Shown here one piece after another: positions 61,122-64,000 of a stretch of DNA of 64,000 nt (its first letter is position 1; each line of letters opens with the position of its first letter). Position numbers and translations under genes: made by a program. This DNA is from Melioribacteraceae bacterium (GTDB lineage Bacteria > Bacteroidota > Ignavibacteria > Ignavibacteriales > Melioribacteraceae): positions 20,019-84,018 of the forward strand of contig JAGFIY010000029.1 of the NCBI GenBank assembly GCA_024103215.1, in the 5' to 3' direction. The notes under the pieces are model-generated. The model had not been told where the DNA came from and did not search any database. It saw only the letters and a program-made list of their open reading frames with translations.

Positions 61122-61745
61122 CTAAGTTATCTTTTTTCGCGGGTTAGCACTGATTGATTTGAGTATAGTTAAAACGAGTTTTACTCGCAATTCTAACTGC
61201 TCTAGGCTGGAATCGTTTTTGATTGTAAAATCCGCGTGAGATTTTTTTATGTCATCGGGAATCTGGTTCCGAATAATTTCTTCGATACTTTTTTTGTTCA
61301 ATCCATCACGATGCTGGATTCTTTTTATCTTTTCATCTTGCGGCGAATCAACAAGAATCACATAATCAAAGAGGTTTTCAATGTTTGATTCATAAATCAA
61401 TGCCGCTTCAGTAAAAACTATTTCGGAAGTTTTTAATGCATCATCCATTTTTTCTTTGAGTAATTTGATCGTGGGTGGATGAAGAATGGAATTGATTCTC
61501 TTAAGCTTTTCTCGATCTGAAAAAATTTTTTCTCTCAAGAAGGTTTTGTTCGGTTTATCGGTAATGTAGGATTTATCGCCGAATTCGGATATAATTTTCT
61601 TTCTGATGTTAGGATCTTCAGCAAGCAAATTTTTCGAAATGTCATCCGCAAAAAAAACTTGAAAGCCGGATTTGATAAAAATTTTTGCAACTGCCGTTTT
61701 GCCTGAACCGATTCCGCCGGTTATTCCAACTTTAAGTTTTCTCAT
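61122..61745 (-). CDS. coaE: dephospho-CoA kinase
   Basis: VGITGGIGSGKT P-loop; 207 aa. Confidence 0.9.
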   Translation of the reverse strand: MRKLKVGITGGIGSGKTAVAKIFIKSGFQVFFADDISKNLLAEDPNIRKKIISEFGDKSYITDKPNKTFLREKIFSDREKLKRINSILHPPTIKLLKEKMDDALKTSEIVFTEAALIYESNIENLFDYVILVDSPQDEKIKRIQHRDGLNKKSIEEIIRNQIPDDIKKSHADFTIKNDSSLEQLELRVKLVLTILKSISANPRKKIT

Positions 61746-61748
61746 AAT

Positions 61749-61772
61749 AAAAAAGCCCGGCAGAACCGAGCT
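61749..61772 (-). terminator. intrinsic terminator-like hairpin downstream of rny
   Basis: Minus-strand RNA AGCUCGG-UUCUG-CCGGGCU followed by UUUUU. The 7-bp stem has one G-U pair that would be a C-A mismatch on the plus strand, which supports minus-strand function. Confidence 0.5.
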
Positions 61773-61781
61773 TCCTAAATA

Positions 61782-63353
61782 TTATTTTGCGTAAGATATT
61801 TTTCGAACTTCTCTAATCACTGTCACTTTAATTTGTCCAGGATATTCCATTTCTTCCTGAATCTTCGAAGCAATTTCAAATGCGAGACGATCAGAAAAAT
61901 CGTCATCCACTTTATCGGGTTCAACCACAACTCTGATCTCTCGTCCCGCTTGTATTGCATAAGTTTTTGCAACACCCTCAAAAGATTTTGCAAGATTCTC
62001 TAAATTCTCAAGTCTCTTAACATAACTTTCCAGCGGTTCCCTTCTTGCCCCCGGTCTTGCTCCACTAATTGCATCTGCAGCTTGAACGAGTGCGGATATA
62101 GGATGCTCCATCTCAATATCCTCGTGATGAGAACCAATAGCATTAACAACAATCGGATGTTCTTTATATTTCTTTGCTAAGTCATAACCAAGAAGTGCGT
62201 GAGGTCCTTCAATAGATTTATCAACTGTTTTTCCGATATCGTGCATCAGGCCGGCTTTTTTACCTATCATTGGATCGAATCCCAATTCGGATGCCATAAA
62301 TCCGACAAGATAAGCAACTTCAATACTGTGTTGAAGTAGATTTTGTCCGTAACTTGAACGATATTTCATTCTACCGATATGTTTAATTAATTCCGGATGA
62401 ACACCGTGAATACCAAGCTGAAGAAGTGCATTTTCACCTTCCTTGATTATTTCTTCTTCAAGTTCGGCTTGAACTTTTGCAACCACTTCTTCAATACGAG
62501 CAGGGTGTATTCTTCCATCAGATATTAGATTTTCGAGTGCAATTCGTGCGACTTCGCGTCTAAACTGATCGAAACCGGAAAGGATAACTGCCTCAGGAGT
62601 ATCATCAACAATTACATCGATTCCGGTTGCAGCTTCAAACGCTCTGATGTTTCTTCCTTCTCTACCGATTATTCTTCCTTTCATCTCATCGTTTTGGATT
62701 TGAACAACTGAAACAGTGGTTTCAACCGAATGATCTACAGCAGTTCTTTGGATTGCTTGAACAATAATTTTTTGCGCATCTTTTTTTGCTTCGAGCGTAG
62801 CTTTGTCACGGATTTCCTTAATGTACTGAGAAGCATCTGTTTTTGCTTTCTCAATCATATTTTCCATAAGCATCTTTTTAGCTTCTTCTGCCGTAAGCTG
62901 GGCAATTTTTTCGAGTCTTAAATTTTGTTCGTGAACGAGCCTTTCTAGCTCTTCTTTTCTGCGGTTAAGAATATCGTGTTTTTCTTTTAATTCGTTCTCG
63001 CGTTTTTGATTTTCTTTTTCTTTCTGTGATATAAGCTCGTATTGCTTTGTAATACTCTCTTCTTTGGATTGAAGTTTCTTTTCGTAGGCTTGAAGTTTTT
63101 GTCGTTTAGAGTTTGATTCGTTGTCGAATTCTTGTTTTTTCTTAAACCATTCGTCTTTTACTTCTAATAATTTTTCCCTCTTGATATTTTTGGCTTCTTT
63201 TTCAGCATCTTGAACAATAAGTTTTGCTCTTTCTTCAGCTGCCGCAATTGTGTTCTTTCCTATTTTGGAATTTATAAACCATCCCAAGTAAAACATTACA
63301 CCAAGGAGCACAACACTAATGGGAATAAGATAATACATCATTTCCACTTCCAT
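61782..63353 (-). CDS. rny: ribonuclease Y
   Basis: N-terminal TM helix, long coiled-coil, KH domain ([13 protein letters not shown]) and HD domain (HSIEVA...MHDIGK). GGAGGA Shine-Dalgarno 4 nt upstream of the ATG at 63353. Confidence 0.95.
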   Translation of the reverse strand: MEVEMMYYLIPISVVLLGVMFYLGWFINSKIGKNTIAAAEERAKLIVQDAEKEAKNIKREKLLEVKDEWFKKKQEFDNESNSKRQKLQAYEKKLQSKEESITKQYELISQKEKENQKRENELKEKHDILNRRKEELERLVHEQNLRLEKIAQLTAEEAKKMLMENMIEKAKTDASQYIKEIRDKATLEAKKDAQKIIVQAIQRTAVDHSVETTVSVVQIQNDEMKGRIIGREGRNIRAFEAATGIDVIVDDTPEAVILSGFDQFRREVARIALENLISDGRIHPARIEEVVAKVQAELEEEIIKEGENALLQLGIHGVHPELIKHIGRMKYRSSYGQNLLQHSIEVAYLVGFMASELGFDPMIGKKAGLMHDIGKTVDKSIEGPHALLGYDLAKKYKEHPIVVNAIGSHHEDIEMEHPISALVQAADAISGARPGARREPLESYVKRLENLENLAKSFEGVAKTYAIQAGREIRVVVEPDKVDDDFSDRLAFEIASKIQEEMEYPGQIKVTVIREVRKISYAK

Positions 63354-63382
63354 ATTTCCTCCGCTAAAGTAATCTATATAAT

Positions 63383-63577
63383 ATGCACTGAAACCCGAGT
63401 CTAACTAGAAGAACCTTTAATTGACAATGTGGGAAACTGCCCGACGCTTTTTAAGTCCTCCGTCACACAAAGTGAATTCCGACTAATCGAAATTGAGGCC
63501 TTTAATACACGCCGCAAGTCAATAACCCTATTTAATTAACTATAGTTCTTCATTAATAGAGTGGGTTATCAGTGCAT
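63383..63577 (-). ncRNA. ssrS: 6S RNA candidate (ssrS-like), or another large structured RNA
   Basis: The ends pair perfectly: 5' AUGCACUGA at 63577-63569 with 3' UCAGUGCAU at 63391-63383. The helix continues inward as AACCC/GGGUU, UCUA/UAGA, GAAGAAC/GUUCUUC and AUUGAC/GUCAAU, with an apical AAGGCCUC/GAGGACUU stem and unpaired internal loops. It is GC-richer than its surroundings and lies directly after zapA, as ssrS does in E. coli. Confidence 0.6.
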
Positions 63578-63582
63578 TAAAA

Positions 63583-63882
63583 TTAGGATGGATCTGACAC
63601 GGAAGCAGATTCGTTAAGAAGAAGCTTTATTTTTTTGATTTTATCAGTAGCCTGAATACTAAATTCTCTAAATTTATTTTTTTCAACAAATAGATCATAA
63701 GCTATGTTCAACGATGCTATGATAGATATAGTCTCGGTTGATTGACCCGGCAGTTCGTTTCTCGTCTCCTCCATCACATCATTAACATACTTTGCCAATT
63801 CGGCAGCTATCTCTTGATTTTCAACTAATAGAGAATACTCTTTATCAAATATTTTTACTTTCAGCTTCTTTTTTTCTGTCAT
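63583..63882 (-). CDS. zapA: cell division protein ZapA
   Basis: 99 aa. VKIFDKEYSLLVENQEIAAELAKYVNDVMEE...IASLNIAYDL matches the ZapA family pattern. Confidence 0.85.
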   Translation of the reverse strand: MTEKKKLKVKIFDKEYSLLVENQEIAAELAKYVNDVMEETRNELPGQSTETISIIASLNIAYDLFVEKNKFREFSIQATDKIKKIKLLLNESASVSDPS

Positions 63883-63913
63883 TCCTTGTCACTTCCATCA
63901 AGTAACAAAATAT

Positions 63914-64000
63914 TTAAGAACGCAAATGATAATCAATTTTAGTTATCAAATCGTTCAGTTTATTCTTTAAAATTTTTCGTTCCTCCGGAGGCAGTTCATT
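63914..64000 (-). CDS. hypothetical protein (C-terminal 28 codons only; start lies beyond the window end)
   Basis: Hand translation of the minus strand gives ...NELPPEERKILKNKLNDLITKIDYHLRS followed by TAA at 63914-63916, 31 nt upstream of the zapA ATG. Too short to assign. Confidence 0.35.
   Translation of the reverse strand, partial: NELPPEERKILKNKLNDLITKIDYHLRS

Noticed and set aside
1-64000. Search for CRISPR repeats, transposases, integrases, phage genes, toxin-antitoxin pairs, restriction-modification genes or other defence cassettes, and for compositional islands
   Set aside because: None found. Every ORF of meaningful size is accounted for by housekeeping, envelope or respiratory functions. 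The only repeated sequence seen is the tRNA-Arg pair. The methyltransferases present are small-molecule or protein class I types in biosynthetic contexts, not DNA methyltransferases with partner nucleases.

Overview
This is an AT-rich (by eye about one-third GC), densely packed chromosomal segment. About 60 of its 64 protein genes are on the minus strand, and many have ATGA/TAATG-type start-stop overlaps. The content is almost entirely housekeeping. I saw no CRISPR array, transposase, integrase, phage genes, toxin-antitoxin pair or recognisable defence cassette, and no compositional island.

Gene blocks, left to right:
1. 1-8619: a surface-glycan/LPS-type operon with GT2 (edge-truncated and missing from the ORF track), GT4, two SAM methyltransferases, a Wzy/O-antigen-ligase-like membrane protein, GT9, a membrane SGNH hydrolase and MurJ.
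2. 8716-10207: two tandem tRNA-Arg genes (ACG and UCG), followed by tadA and adk.
3. 10220-20044: ftsE, pdxA, a GWxTD-like protein, rho, folC, pyrD/pyrK, rpiB and a mannose-1-P guanylyltransferase.
4. 21439-25482: M19 dipeptidase, a HydE-type radical SAM enzyme, a cupin and an MFS transporter.
5. 25499-31089: murB, comEC, dtd and prmC.
6. 31160-47871: a 16.7-kb respiratory supercluster. It contains tatC, a polyprenyl synthase, Alternative Complex III (actA, actB, actC, an actD-actE fusion, actF), a membrane cytochrome c, SCO, the heme-copper oxidase subunits I/III/IV/II, heme O synthase and an 8-TM cytochrome c fusion.
7. 47879-63882: glyA, an envelope trio (TPR protein, beta-barrel, lipoprotein), gmhB, glgA, hutI, mltG, tsaD, a proline dehydrogenase, coaE, rny and zapA.

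The family content (TAT-variant ActB, GWxTD, a DUF4270-like lipoprotein beside glgA) together with GGAGG Shine-Dalgarno use suggests an FCB-group organism such as Ignavibacteria. This is inference.

The observations most worth a second look are:
- an unannotated ~195-nt structured RNA that fills the zapA-rny spacer (6S RNA candidate);
- a 54-codon twin-arginine micro-ORF lying in frame just upstream of actB;
- the ActD-ActE fusion and two unusual membrane cytochrome c proteins;
- an isolated hydE in a peptide-uptake/peptidase context;
- the tRNA-Arg(ACG)/tadA substrate-enzyme adjacency.

None of these amounts to a demonstrably new multi-gene system. I do not see one that I can support in this window.
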